NCBI GenBank assembly: GCA_963716255.1
Contig: OY970303.1
Coordinates: 5,888,001-5,952,000, forward strand
Length of the DNA: 64,000 bases
Direction: 5' to 3'
From: an uncultured Gemmatimonadales bacterium
Lineage (GTDB): Bacteria > Gemmatimonadota > Gemmatimonadetes > Longimicrobiales > Longimicrobiaceae
Part shown: piece after piece, positions 1 through 11,852 of the stretch
Layout of the letters: each line of letters begins with the position of its first letter
How positions within the stretch are numbered: the stretch's first letter is position 1
Program-made: the position numbers and the translations under genes
The notes under the pieces: model-generated
Seen by the model: only the letters and a program-made list of their open reading frames with translations
Database searches by the model: none
What the model was told of the DNA's origin: nothing

Positions 1-54
1 GGCGGCCCCGGTGAAGGCGACCAGCCTGACTTTGGCGCGTACGGGATCGAACAT
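1..54 (-). CDS. 5' end of an unidentified gene running off the window edge (MFDPVRAKVRLVAFTGAA...)
   Basis: ATG at 54 with an upstream AGCAGG; signal/TM-like start; only 18 codons visible. Confidence 0.4.
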   Translation of the reverse strand, partial: MFDPVRAKVRLVAFTGAA

Positions 55-154
55 GGTCGGCCTGCTGGAAGGAGAGTGATCGTACAGGGCTGGGAACTGG
101 TACTGAGGACCCCGCCCGGAGTTCCGTCCAGCCCGGTGCCGGGTCCCTGCAAAT

Positions 155-191
155 CGCCGGCCCCGCCTCCTGGGGGGAGACGGGGCCGGCG
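155..191 (-). terminator. GC-rich hairpin downstream of dnaK
   Basis: CGCCGGCCCCG...CGGGGCCGGCG inverted repeat just after the dnaK stop; weak U-tract. Confidence 0.5.
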
Positions 192-218
192 GCGTCGCTC
201 GCGAGCAGCGGGGACGGG

Positions 219-2438
<2,220 letters not shown>

Positions 2439-2503
2439 TCACGGCGGGCGCCCGGGCCCCGCCCCACGCACCCACGCTATTTCGCACTCCCGCGCTTCTC
2501 TTC

Positions 2504-3352
2504 ATGTCCCGCCAACTCGCCGAGACCGTCGCCTTTCTCCGCGAGCGCTTCACGCGCGCGCCGCACGCCATGCTGGTGCTGGGCTCCGGGCTGGGCGGCC
2601 TGGCGGACGAGATCGAGGACCCGGTGCGCATCCCCTTCGCGGAGATCCCCGGCTTCCCGCGGCGGACGCAGGAGCTGGCCGGGCACGCGGGCGCGCTGGT
2701 GGCGGGGCGGCTGGAGGGGGTGGAGGTGGCGGCCATGCAGGGCCGCTTCCACCTGTACGAGGGGTGGGAGCCGGCGGACGTGGCGCTCCCGGTGCGCGCC
2801 CTGGCGGCGCTGGGCGCCGGCACGCTGCTGGTGACCAACGCGGCGGGGGGGATCCGCCCCGGCTTCCGCCCGGGCGACCTGATGCTGATCGCGGACCACG
2901 TGAACCTGATGTCGCGCAGCCCGCTGATCGGCGCGGCGGTGCCGGGCGAGGAGCGCTTCCCCGACATGTCGGACCCGTACGACGCGGGGTTCCGCCGCAT
3001 CGCGGAGGCGACGGCTCTGGAGCTGGGGATCCCGCTGGTGCAGGGCGTCTACGCCGCGCTCCTGGGCCCCAGCTACGAGACCCCCGCGGAGATCCGCATG
3101 CTGGCCCGCCTGGGCGCGGACGCGGTGGGGATGTCCACCGTGCCGGAGGTGCTGGTGGCGCGGGCGCTGGGGGTGCGGGTGCTTGGGATCTCCTGCATCA
3201 CCAACCTGGCCGCCGGTCTGGGCACCCAGAAGCTGTCGCACGACGAGGTGATGGAGACCGGCGCCGCGGTGCGCGACCGCCTGGTGGCGCTGGTGCGCGG
3301 CGTGCTCCCCCGGGTGGCCGGCCTGAACCTGCCCTCCGAAGCCGCGTCCTGA
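2504..3352 (+). CDS. punA: Purine-nucleoside phosphorylase (trimeric PunA/XapA type)
   Basis: VLGSGLG, MQGRFHLYEG, TNAAGG, GPSYETPAE, GMSTVPE motifs. Confidence 0.95.
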   Translation: MSRQLAETVAFLRERFTRAPHAMLVLGSGLGGLADEIEDPVRIPFAEIPGFPRRTQELAGHAGALVAGRLEGVEVAAMQGRFHLYEGWEPADVALPVRALAALGAGTLLVTNAAGGIRPGFRPGDLMLIADHVNLMSRSPLIGAAVPGEERFPDMSDPYDAGFRRIAEATALELGIPLVQGVYAALLGPSYETPAEIRMLARLGADAVGMSTVPEVLVARALGVRVLGISCITNLAAGLGTQKLSHDEVMETGAAVRDRLVALVRGVLPRVAGLNLPSEAAS

Positions 3353-3396
3353 AGGCGCGGGAAGCTGGCGTCCCCGAAGACGCCAGCGCGATGCCT

Positions 3397-3523
3397 GCGT
3401 GAGGGATGCGAGCGCGAAGCGGCGAGACCCGGGGGCAGTTTCCCGGGGCTCGCCTCCGTTACGCAGCGTTGTTTGCTGCGTTACGGAGCCGCAGCCCGAC
3501 CCCGCGCCAGCGGGGGCACGCCC
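3397..3523 (+). repeat. Family A structured interspersed repeat, copy A1
   Basis: GCGTGAGGGAT...GAGACCCGGGGGCAGTTTCCCGGGGCTC...CTCCGTT-ACGCAGC-GTTGTTT-GCTGCGT-TACGGAG...CACGCCC; five more copies in the window. Confidence 0.9.
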
Positions 3524-3535
3524 GAACCAGGCCGT

Positions 3536-4342
3536 TCAGTCCGTCGCTGGTCCCGGGACCATGTGGTTGAGCGGCCCGTGCCCGCTCCCCAGCCCCGGCG
3601 CCTCGCGGATGGCGCGCTGCACGTAGTCCAGCGCGTCCTCCACCGCCCGGCGCAGCGGGCGCCCGTGCGCCAGCCCCGCCGCGACCGCCGCGGACAGGGT
3701 GCAGCCGGTGCCGTGGGTGCTGGTGGTGTGCAGCCTGGGGCGGCGCCACTCGTGCCACTCGCGCCCGTCAAAGAGCACGTCCACCAGCTCCTCGCCGCGC
3801 AGGTGGCCTCCCTTGAGCAGGGCCGCGCGGGCGCCGCGCTCCACCAGCGCCTCGGCGGCGCGGCGCATGGCGGCGGGGTCCTCCACCGGGAAGCCGGCCA
3901 GGAGGGCGGCCTCGTCCAGGTTGGGGGTGGCGAGCGCCGCCAGGGGGAGCAGTTCCTCCACGAGGGTGCGCTCGGCGTCGGCGTCCAGCAGCCGGTCGCC
4001 GCTGGTGGCGACCATCACCGGGTCCAGCACGTAGCCGGGCAGCGCGTGCTCGCGGATGGCGGCGGCCACCGCGCGGACCAGCTCCGCGGTCGCCAGCATC
4101 CCGGTCTTGCAGGCGGCGGGGGGGAGGTCCCCGGCCACGGCGGCGACCTGCGCCCGCACCACCTCCACGGGAACGGCGTGCACCCCCGTCACCCCGAGCG
4201 TGTTCTGCACCGTGATCGCGGTGACCGCCGTGGTGCCGAACACGCCGAAGGCGTGGAAGGTCTTGAGGTCGGCCTGGATCCCGGCGCCGCCCCCGGAGTC
4301 GGAGCCGGCGATGGACAGGACGACCGGGAGGCGCGGGGGCAT
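3536..4342 (-). CDS. thiD: Hydroxymethylpyrimidine/phosphomethylpyrimidine kinase
   Basis: [47 protein letters not shown]. Confidence 0.96.
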   Translation of the reverse strand: MPPRLPVVLSIAGSDSGGGAGIQADLKTFHAFGVFGTTAVTAITVQNTLGVTGVHAVPVEVVRAQVAAVAGDLPPAACKTGMLATAELVRAVAAAIREHALPGYVLDPVMVATSGDRLLDADAERTLVEELLPLAALATPNLDEAALLAGFPVEDPAAMRRAAEALVERGARAALLKGGHLRGEELVDVLFDGREWHEWRRPRLHTTSTHGTGCTLSAAVAAGLAHGRPLRRAVEDALDYVQRAIREAPGLGSGHGPLNHMVPGPATD

Positions 4343-5223
4343 CAGGGCGCGGGCAGGGGTTGCGGGACCGGGGAAGCGGGGAGCTGCTGCACCCGCTCCA
4401 GGAACGCCGGGTAAGATGCGATGTCGCGTGCCAGCCGGGGAGACCCGGCGGGGAGCTCCCTGCGGATCTCCTTGCTGGTTTCCGCGATGCGGGTGCTGGT
4501 CATGGGGTGCGTGGAGAACCACTCCATGGTGGGCTGCGTGGAGCCGGCCTCCTCGCGGAGCAGCGCGTCCAGGAAGGTGACGATCCCCCGCGGGTCCACG
4601 CCGGAGTCGATCAGGTATCGCACCGCGAGGTCGTCCGCCTCCATCTCCGCCTTGCGGGAGTTGGAGGCCGTCCACAGCGAGCTCCCCATGCGCAGCGCGG
4701 TCTGGTCCAGCAGCTCCGGCTCGGTCCCCAGGATCACGCGGTACATGACGGAGATCAGCGACCCGGTGCGCAGCTGCCGCTCCAGCGTGCGCGCCCCGTG
4801 GCGCGCGGCGACGTGGCCGATCTCGTGCGCCAGCACGGCCGACAGCTCGGATACGTTGTGCGTGCGCTCGATGAGCCCGCGGTTCACGTACACGTGGCCG
4901 CCGGGGATGGCGAAGGCGTTGACCGCCGGGCTGTTGACGATGTAGAAGCGGTACGGCACGTCCGGCCGGTCGCTGTGACGGGCGATCAGCTTCCCCAGGC
5001 GGTTGACGTACAGGTTGAGCGCCGGGTCGCGCACCAGCGGGAGCTGGTGGCTGATCTGCGCCGCCACCTGGTCGCCGATCTCCTGCTCGGCGTTCTCGCT
5101 GACGCACCCGGCGAGCCCGGGCGCCAGGAGGAGCGCCGCCGCCGCGAGGCGGCGGGCGAAGCGGGCCCGCGCGGCCTGCGGCCGGCGGGCCCGGAGGGAG
5201 GACCCCGGGCCCGCCCTCGTCAC
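4342..5223 (-). CDS. M48-family metallopeptidase, probable lipoprotein
   Basis: [22 protein letters not shown] motifs; lipobox-like LAGC; GTG start overlaps the upstream stop. Confidence 0.88.
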   Translation of the reverse strand: MTRAGPGSSLRARRPQAARARFARRLAAAALLLAPGLAGCVSENAEQEIGDQVAAQISHQLPLVRDPALNLYVNRLGKLIARHSDRPDVPYRFYIVNSPAVNAFAIPGGHVYVNRGLIERTHNVSELSAVLAHEIGHVAARHGARTLERQLRTGSLISVMYRVILGTEPELLDQTALRMGSSLWTASNSRKAEMEADDLAVRYLIDSGVDPRGIVTFLDALLREEAGSTQPTMEWFSTHPMTSTRIAETSKEIRRELPAGSPRLARDIASYPAFLERVQQLPASPVPQPLPAP

Positions 5224-6050
5224 TGGTTGGTCGCGGGCAGCGAGCGCACGCGGGCCTTGAAGGTCTGGAAGGCGCGGGTGTCGGTGTTGAGCCGGTTGCG
5301 GGTCGCGGCGGGGATCGCCGCGACCGCCCGGCTGGTGTTCTGGATGCGCTCCTCGGTGAGCGGGTGCGTGGCGAACCACTGCTCCAGCCGGCTGGGGTTG
5401 CGCTGTTTCTCGGAAAGCAGCTTCTCGAAGAAGCTCACCATCCCCTGCGGGTTGTAGCCGGCACGGGTCATGAACTCCATGCCGCGCAGGTCGGCCTCGC
5501 GCTCGGCGTCGCGGCCGTAGCTGGCGAAGACGGCGGTGCCGCCCGCCTGGATCCCCACCTGCTCCAGTCCTCCGGGGTTGCGGCCCAGGAGCACGCCGTA
5601 GAGCAGCGCCAGGCCCATGTTGGCGTTCTGCGCCCGCTGCACCTGCTCGATGCCGTGCCGCTCCACCACGTGGGCGACTTCGTGCGACATCACCCCGACC
5701 AGCTCCGAGGCGTTGGCGGCGCGCTCGATCACGCCGCGGTTCACGTACACGTAGCCGCCCGGAAGGGCGAAGGCGTTGACGACGTTGGAGTTGACGACCT
5801 GGAAGGTGTACGGGATGCCCCGGGGGTCCGCGCCCCGTGCGATGGAACGGCCCAGCTCGTTGATGTACTGGTTGATGGCCGCGTCGCGCACGATGGGGAG
5901 CTGCTGGTTGACCTGGGCGGCGTTCTGCCGTCCGATCTCGACCTCCTGCTGCGTCGTGATGGCGGGAGCGCAGCCGCCCGCGGTCGCGACCACCCCACCC
6001 AGCGCGAGCGCCAGGACGGGGCCTTGGATGCGGTTGAAAAAGGTATGCAT
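5220..6050 (-). CDS. M48-family metallopeptidase, probable lipoprotein
   Basis: NAFALPGG, HEVAH, EREAD, ATHP motifs; AGGC lipobox-like. Confidence 0.9.
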   Translation of the reverse strand: MHTFFNRIQGPVLALALGGVVATAGGCAPAITTQQEVEIGRQNAAQVNQQLPIVRDAAINQYINELGRSIARGADPRGIPYTFQVVNSNVVNAFALPGGYVYVNRGVIERAANASELVGVMSHEVAHVVERHGIEQVQRAQNANMGLALLYGVLLGRNPGGLEQVGIQAGGTAVFASYGRDAEREADLRGMEFMTRAGYNPQGMVSFFEKLLSEKQRNPSRLEQWFATHPLTEERIQNTSRAVAAIPAATRNRLNTDTRAFQTFKARVRSLPATNQ

Positions 6051-6098
6051 CGTATGTCTCCGTTCGTTACAGGACTCGCCGGTGCGTGGCGGGTGAAG

Positions 6099-6114
6099 AG
6101 CAAGTCCCGGACCA
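6099..6114 (-). promoter_or_regulatory. Putative sigma54 promoter of the M48-M48-thiD unit
   Basis: Minus strand TGGTCC-GGGAC-TTGCT, ~50 bp upstream of the ATG. Confidence 0.5.
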
Positions 6115-6124
6115 GCCTCGACTT

Positions 6125-6892
6125 ATGCTGACGCGCCGCGAAGCGAAGCTGCTCCGCGGCCTGCACCAGCGCAGGATCCGCGAGCAGGAGGGCGCCTTCC
6201 TGGTGGAGGGGGTGCGGGCGGTGGAGGACCTGCTGGCCTCCCGGCTGGGCGTCCGCTTCCTCGTCTGGTCGTCCTCCCTGGAGGACGGCGAGCGCGGACG
6301 CGACCTGTTTGCCGACGCCGGGCGCCGCGGCGTGGCGCTGCACGAGGTGCCCGCCGCCGAGCTGGCGGAGTACGCCGGGACCGAGACGCCGCAGGGCGTG
6401 GTCGCCGTCGCCGACGTTCCCCGCTGGACGCTGGAGGACCTGTACTCGCCCGCGCTTCCCGCGGTGGTCCTGGTGCTGGACGCGGTGCAGGACCCCGGCA
6501 ACTTCGGGACGATGATCCGGACCGCGGAGGCGCTGGGCGCCTCCGGCGTGCTCGCCCTCCCCGGGACGGTGGACGCCTGGAACCCCAAGGCGGTGCGCGC
6601 CGCGATGGGCTCCTCCTTCCGTCTCCCGGTGGTCGCCGCCGGGTGGGACGAGGCGGCCCCCTGGCTCGAGCGGGAGAGCTACGCCGTGCTCGCCTCGACC
6701 GTCGGCGCGCTTCCCCTGGGAGCGGAGCGCCCGGAGCGCGCCGCCCTGGTGGTGGGCAACGAGGGCGCCGGCGTGTCCGCGGAAACGCGGGCCCGCGCCG
6801 CCCGCGAGGTGGGGATCCCCCTGCGCGGCCGCGCCGAGTCGCTCAACGTGGGCTCCGCCGCGGCCATCCTCCTCCACGAACTCCTTCGCTGA
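6125..6892 (+). CDS. TrmH/SpoU-family RNA 2'-O-methyltransferase
   Basis: LDAVQDPGNFGTMIRTA, VGNEGAG, ESLNV SPOUT motifs. Confidence 0.92.
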   Translation: MLTRREAKLLRGLHQRRIREQEGAFLVEGVRAVEDLLASRLGVRFLVWSSSLEDGERGRDLFADAGRRGVALHEVPAAELAEYAGTETPQGVVAVADVPRWTLEDLYSPALPAVVLVLDAVQDPGNFGTMIRTAEALGASGVLALPGTVDAWNPKAVRAAMGSSFRLPVVAAGWDEAAPWLERESYAVLASTVGALPLGAERPERAALVVGNEGAGVSAETRARAAREVGIPLRGRAESLNVGSAAAILLHELLR

Positions 6893-6907
6893 CCCCCCAC
6901 TCTTCCC

Positions 6908-7675
6908 ATGCCCGATTATTTCGTCTGGGTCTACGCCGCGCTCCTGGGCGCCGCGGTGGGCTCGTTCCTGAACGTCTGCATCTACCGCCTGCCGGAGGGC
7001 CAGTCGGTGGTGTCGCCGCGCTCGCGCTGCCCGGTGTGCGGCCACGAGATCGGGTGGCGGGACAACATTCCCATTTTCAGCTGGCTTCTCCTCCGGGGGA
7101 AGTGCCGGGGGTGCGGGACGGCGATCTCGGTGCAGTACCCGCTGGTGGAGCTGACCACGGCGCTGCTCTGGCTGGCGGCGGCGCTGCGCTTCGGGGCGTC
7201 GTGGCAGGCGCTGTCCACGGCGCTGTTCTTCACCCTGCTGCTGGGGATCGCGCTCACCGACGCGCGCGCCTACACCATCCCGGACGAGTTCTCGCTGGGC
7301 GGGCTCGCCGCGGGGATCCTGCTGTCGCTGGCTCCGGGGGGGATCTCGCCGCTCCAGTCGGCGCTGGGGGCGGCGCTCGGCTTCGGGCTGCTCTACGCGA
7401 TCGCGGTGGCGGGGGAGTGGATCTTCAAGAAGCCGGCGATGGGCGGGGGCGACATCAAGATGATGGCGATGGTGGGGGCGTTCCTGGGGCCGGCCGGGGT
7501 GCTGCTGACGCTGTTCCTGGGCGCGCTGCTGGGAACGCTGATCTTCGCGCCCATCGGCATGAAGACGGGAAAGCTGGTGCCGTTCGGGATCTTTCTGGCG
7601 CTCGGCGCGGCGGTGACGGAGCCGTGGGGCGGCTGGATGACGGACTGGTATGTGAGGACGTTCCTGGGCGGGTAG
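6908..7675 (+). CDS. pilD: Prepilin peptidase / N-methyltransferase (A24)
   Basis: GSFLNVCIYRLP, two CxxC pairs, MGGGDIK, PFGIFLA. Confidence 0.93.
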   Translation: MPDYFVWVYAALLGAAVGSFLNVCIYRLPEGQSVVSPRSRCPVCGHEIGWRDNIPIFSWLLLRGKCRGCGTAISVQYPLVELTTALLWLAAALRFGASWQALSTALFFTLLLGIALTDARAYTIPDEFSLGGLAAGILLSLAPGGISPLQSALGAALGFGLLYAIAVAGEWIFKKPAMGGGDIKMMAMVGAFLGPAGVLLTLFLGALLGTLIFAPIGMKTGKLVPFGIFLALGAAVTEPWGGWMTDWYVRTFLGG

Positions 7676-8019
7676 CCGCCGGCTCCACGCGGGCCGGCGC
7701 CGCCCCGGCACGCCCCCCCCTCCCTCGGGCCGCGTGCCTTCCCGCCGTTCGATGCGGAAGGCGCGGGCCTTTCTCGGCGTTGGCCCCATCCTCCCCCTTT
7801 CCGGGAAGCGAAACAGCTCGCCGCTGCGCCCATGCGGTCATACCGCGGTGCACGTCGGGTCGTGAACGCGCGGGCTCCGTCGTCCCGGGGTGAGCAGCAT
7901 GACGGCCGGAAAATGGACGCGGACGCCGGCCGGCGTTGCAGCCACGTGTGATCGCAATTAGACTAAGCCGGATCCGTATGGGCCTTGGATTCAAGGTGCT
8001 CACTTCTGGGGAGATACTT

Positions 8020-10005
8020 ATGAGTTGGCTGGACAGGGTGGCGCAGGGAGTGGATGAGCGGCAGCCGCAGGTCATCAACGACTCCAAGACTCCTTCCGGG
8101 CGCGTGCATGTCGGCGCCCTCCGGGGAGTGCTGATCCACGACGCCATCTTCCGCGCTTTCGCCGCCCAGGGAACCGCGGTGCGATACCTGTACGGGGTGG
8201 ACGACTACGATCCGATGGACGAGGTCCCGGCCGGCCTGGAGGAATATTATGCACCCTACCTCGGCATGCCTCTGTGCAACGTTCCCGCGCCGATCGGCTC
8301 GAATGCTCCAGACATTGCAGAGCATTACATCGGCGAGTTCTTCGAAGTCTTCGAAAAGCTCGGCGTGCGCGCAGAAAAGTATCGCATGCGTGACATGTAC
8401 CGTCAGGGAAAGCTGAACGAGGCGATCGATCAGATTCTTCGCAATGCGGATGCCGTACGGCGCATATACAAGCAGGTCAGCAACTCGGACCGGCCCGCCA
8501 ACTGGCTGCCTTTTCAGGTGATCTGCGAAAACTGCGGGAGGATCGGCACCACCGAAGTCACCGCGTACGACGGCAGGGAGGTCACCTATGACTGCCGCCG
8601 TGACCTGGTGTCCTGGGCCACGGGATGCGGCCACCATGGAGCGATGTCTCCGTTCGACGGAAACGGCAAGCTGCCGTGGAAGCTCGAATGGGTCGCCAAG
8701 TGGAAGGGACTTTCCGTCACCGTCGAAGGGGCGGGAAAGGACCACTCCACCAAGGGGGGAGCCCGCGACGTGGCCGAGCGCTGCCTGCGGGAGATCTTCC
8801 AGCAGAAGCCGCCCTTCAACGTACCCTACGAGTTCTTTCTCGTGGACGGCGCGAAGATGAGCTCTTCCCGCGGGATCGGGGCTTCGGCCCAGGCGGTCAG
8901 CGAGCTCCTGCCGCCCGAGATCCTGCGCTTCCTCATGCTCCGTACGCAGCCCAAGGCTACGGTCAACTTCTCGCTCGAGCAGGAATTTCTCATCCGGGTC
9001 TTCAACGACTACGATCGCCTGCACGAGAAGGCGAGGAAGCCGGAAGACCTGACGAGCGACGAGAAGCAGCTCTACGAGCTGTCACAGGTCGCCCCGCACG
9101 AATCGCCCCAGGACCTGTACCTGGAGAACTTCGGAGTGGTGCTGGCACTGGTGCAGATGCCGCATCTCGACGTCGTCGCCGAGGTCGCGAAGCGCAAGGG
9201 GGCGGCGCTGACCCCGGTGGAGCTGCAGCACCTGCAGCGCCGGGTGAAGACGGCGCTCCTGTGGCTGGAAAGCTACGCGTCCGATGAGGACAGGATTGCG
9301 ATCCAGCACTCCCTCCCCCGGAGCGCATGGACGCTGACCCCGACGCAGAAGGCATTCCTCCACAGGCTGGGGAGCGAGCTCGCCGTGTCCGGGGAGTGGG
9401 TCGAGGAAAGCCTGCAGAACGCGATCTTCGATGTCGCGAGGATGGTGCCGCTCCCGGCCTCCGAGGCGTTCGGAGCCATCTACCGCGTACTGCTGGGCAG
9501 GGACTCCGGCCCCAAGGCGGGCAGCCTGATGGCCTTTCTGGACAGGTCGTTCGTGATACGCCGCTTCTGGGAGATGCCGTACTCCGAGGCGGCGATGTGG
9601 CGACACACGGCGCTGAGCGAAGGGCAACTGGAAAGCATGCTCCTGCGGGAACACGGCAAGATCCAGTCGCTGACGGTCCAGCCGGCGGTGGTCGCGGCCG
9701 AGCTGCACTTTCCCCGGGACGCCTCAGGCGACCGCCTGCTCGCCGGGGCGGCTGTCCTCGAGTTCCTGTTGACGATGCGCGACGGCAAGATCCAGATGAA
9801 GCGAATGGCCCTGGGCCATTTCAAGGGCTCCGACCTGTCGCTGGAGCACGAGTGCGACGTCGTTGCCGAGCTTGCGGGTGAGCACGTCGAGTCTCTCAAG
9901 CAGCGGACGGACGTGCCGATGACGATGCTGCCCATCCGCTGCCGCTGCGAGAGCATCGACGACCTCGACGTGGATCGCCCGCTGCCGATTTCCGCGATTT
10001 CCTGA
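8020..10005 (+). CDS. lysS: Class I lysyl-tRNA synthetase with a ~145-aa C-terminal extension
   Basis: TPSGRVHVG (HIGH-like), DDYDPMD, CENC, GKLPWKLEW, EGAGKDH, YEFF, KMSSS, GPKAG. Confidence 0.9.
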   Translation: MSWLDRVAQGVDERQPQVINDSKTPSGRVHVGALRGVLIHDAIFRAFAAQGTAVRYLYGVDDYDPMDEVPAGLEEYYAPYLGMPLCNVPAPIGSNAPDIAEHYIGEFFEVFEKLGVRAEKYRMRDMYRQGKLNEAIDQILRNADAVRRIYKQVSNSDRPANWLPFQVICENCGRIGTTEVTAYDGREVTYDCRRDLVSWATGCGHHGAMSPFDGNGKLPWKLEWVAKWKGLSVTVEGAGKDHSTKGGARDVAERCLREIFQQKPPFNVPYEFFLVDGAKMSSSRGIGASAQAVSELLPPEILRFLMLRTQPKATVNFSLEQEFLIRVFNDYDRLHEKARKPEDLTSDEKQLYELSQVAPHESPQDLYLENFGVVLALVQMPHLDVVAEVAKRKGAALTPVELQHLQRRVKTALLWLESYASDEDRIAIQHSLPRSAWTLTPTQKAFLHRLGSELAVSGEWVEESLQNAIFDVARMVPLPASEAFGAIYRVLLGRDSGPKAGSLMAFLDRSFVIRRFWEMPYSEAAMWRHTALSEGQLESMLLREHGKIQSLTVQPAVVAAELHFPRDASGDRLLAGAAVLEFLLTMRDGKIQMKRMALGHFKGSDLSLEHECDVVAELAGEHVESLKQRTDVPMTMLPIRCRCESIDDLDVDRPLPISAIS

Positions 10006-10201
10006 CGCGCACGGGCGGGCACTCCGTCCTGCCGAGCTCCAGATTCGCAAAGGTAGAAACGCAGCGGCACCACTCGGCGTGGTGCCGCTGCGTTTCCGTG
10101 CAGTCCCCCCGCGATCTCTCCCACCCGTCCACTCACCCCGCCCACGGTACCGGCGATTTTTCCTGGACCGGCAGGCCGGCTCACACCGGGCTCCGTTCTT
10201 T

Positions 10202-11395
10202 TCACCCGAGAATGCCTCCAGGACCGGCAGCCCCGGATGCCGGAGTGCGGCGAGGATCGGCGGGTGGGGCCTGGCTCGTGAAGCGAGTGATCTCGAACGG
10301 GGTCAGGTCCATCCCGGTGGGACGGCCCAGCACCATCTCTCCCACGGCTTTGCCGGTGAGCGGCGCCAGCAGGATGCCGTTGCGGAAGTGGCCGGTGGCG
10401 TAGAACAGGTTGGCGACGTCGGGGTCCGGGCCGAGCACCGGCAGGTCGTCCGGGGTGCCGGGGCGCAGGCCGGACCAGCTTTCCACCAGCGGCAGCCCGC
10501 CGATCCAGGGGGCGATCTCCGCGGCGCCCGCGAGGACGGCGCCCAGCCCCGCGGGCGTGACCGCCTTCCGCCAGACGCCGCGCTCGGTCGTGGCGCCCGC
10601 GATCAGCCGCCCGTCGGCCCGGGGGACGAGGTAGCAGCGAGGCGTGTCGACGCAGTGCCGGAAGCGCTGCGGGACCACGGAAACGGCGGCGATCTGCCCG
10701 TGCACCGGGTGGACGGGGAGGGGGCGCGGGAGCCCCGGCAGGCAGCCGGTCCAGCACCCCGCCGCCAGCACCACCGCGTCCGCCCGCACCCGCTCCCCGC
10801 CCGCGAGCTCCACCCCCGCGAGCCGCCCGCCGGACCCCGTCAGACGCTCCACCGCCGTGCCCGCGCTCACCTCCGCCCCGGCGCGCCGGGCCGCCGCGCA
10901 CAGCGCGCGGGCCATCTCCCGGTTGTCCACCTGGTGGTCGCCCGGGAAGAGGAGCGCCCGGCGCACCTCCGGGGTGATTCCCGGCTCCAGCGCCCGCGCC
11001 TCCTCCGCCGTCAGCCGCTCGGCGGGGAGCCCCGCGGCGGACTGCCAGGCGAACCGCCGCTCCATCGCCTCCACGTCCGCGTCGGTCAGGGCGAGCGACA
11101 GCGTCCCCGCGTCCGAGTAGCCGATGTCGATGCCGGTCTCTTCCAGCATGGCGGCGGCAAAGGCGGGATACATCGCACGCCCGCGGAGCAGGAGATCCAG
11201 GAAGGGCCCCGGTCCGTCCGCCTCCACCAGCGGCGCGAGCCACCCCGCGGCAGCCCAGGACGCCTCCGCCCCCGGCTCGCCGCGCTCCAGCACCCGCACC
11301 CGCGCGCCGCTCAGCGCCAGGTGCCGCGCCACGGCCAGCCCGATCACCCCCGCGCCGACCACCACCACGTCCGGCGACCCGGAACGCACGCTCAC
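10202..11395 (-). CDS. thiO: Glycine oxidase (FAD-dependent)
   Basis: VVGAGVIG, ASWAAAG, GLRPGTPD, GHFRNGILLAP; GTG start inferred. Confidence 0.85.
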   Translation of the reverse strand: MSVRSGSPDVVVVGAGVIGLAVARHLALSGARVRVLERGEPGAEASWAAAGWLAPLVEADGPGPFLDLLLRGRAMYPAFAAAMLEETGIDIGYSDAGTLSLALTDADVEAMERRFAWQSAAGLPAERLTAEEARALEPGITPEVRRALLFPGDHQVDNREMARALCAAARRAGAEVSAGTAVERLTGSGGRLAGVELAGGERVRADAVVLAAGCWTGCLPGLPRPLPVHPVHGQIAAVSVVPQRFRHCVDTPRCYLVPRADGRLIAGATTERGVWRKAVTPAGLGAVLAGAAEIAPWIGGLPLVESWSGLRPGTPDDLPVLGPDPDVANLFYATGHFRNGILLAPLTGKAVGEMVLGRPTGMDLTPFEITRFTSQAPPADPRRTPASGAAGPGGILG

Positions 11396-11430
11396 GAGGC
11401 GGCCCCGGGTGCGATCCGCCGGCCGCCGCG

Positions 11431-11657
11431 CCCCCCATCTCCCCGGCCCCCTTCCCCCGCGAGCGAGGGAAGGGGGAGCACGACAGTGTGCAGGCGATTG
11501 TCTGCGTCCGCAGGGCGCCCCCACCCGGCTCGCCTCAGGCTCGCCACCCTCCCCCGATTCTGGGGGAGGACTGCCTGAGCCTCGATTTCCTGTGCGCGGT
11601 CGACCGCTCTCTCGCTCGCGGGGGAGGGGTGGCGCGCAGCGCCGGGGTGGGGGGCCC
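11431..11657. repeat. Cluster of three family C (C-rich/G-rich REP-like) palindromes
   Basis: CCCCTTCCCCCGCGAGCGAGGGAAGGGGG, CCCTCCCCCGATTCTGGGGGAGG and an inverted copy at 11607-11657; similar to 33262-33316 and 40170-40223. Confidence 0.7.
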
Positions 11658-11680
11658 TGGCGGACGCCAGCGCGAGACCC

Positions 11681-11817
11681 GCGTGAGGGATACCGGCCCG
11701 TTTGAAGGGGCGCGAGTATCGCCGCGGGCAGTTTCGCGGGGCTCGACTCCGTTGGGCTGCGTCGTTTGCAGCCCTACGGAGCCGCAGCCCGATCCCGGCG
11801 CAGCCGGGGGCACGCCC
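11681..11817 (+). repeat. Family A repeat, copy A2
   Basis: GCGTGAGGGAT...CTCCGTT-GGGCTGC-GTCGTTT-GCAGCCC-TACGGAG...CACGCCC. Confidence 0.9.
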
Positions 11818-11852
11818 AACCCCGCCGTCCAGGCCGTCCAAAGCCGTTGCCG

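Noticed and set aside
148..163. Possible sigma54 motif (GGGCCG-GCGAT-TTGCA, minus strand) for the edge gene
   Set aside because: Weak -24 match and overlaps the dnaK terminator stem
7680..8019. T-box or lysine riboswitch before lysS (and T-box before tyrS)
   Set aside because: No T-box consensus or aptamer core found by eye
11396..11850. TPP riboswitch before thiO (and before thiE at 33228-33499)
   Set aside because: No recognisable TPP aptamer core; the regions are explained by family A and C repeats
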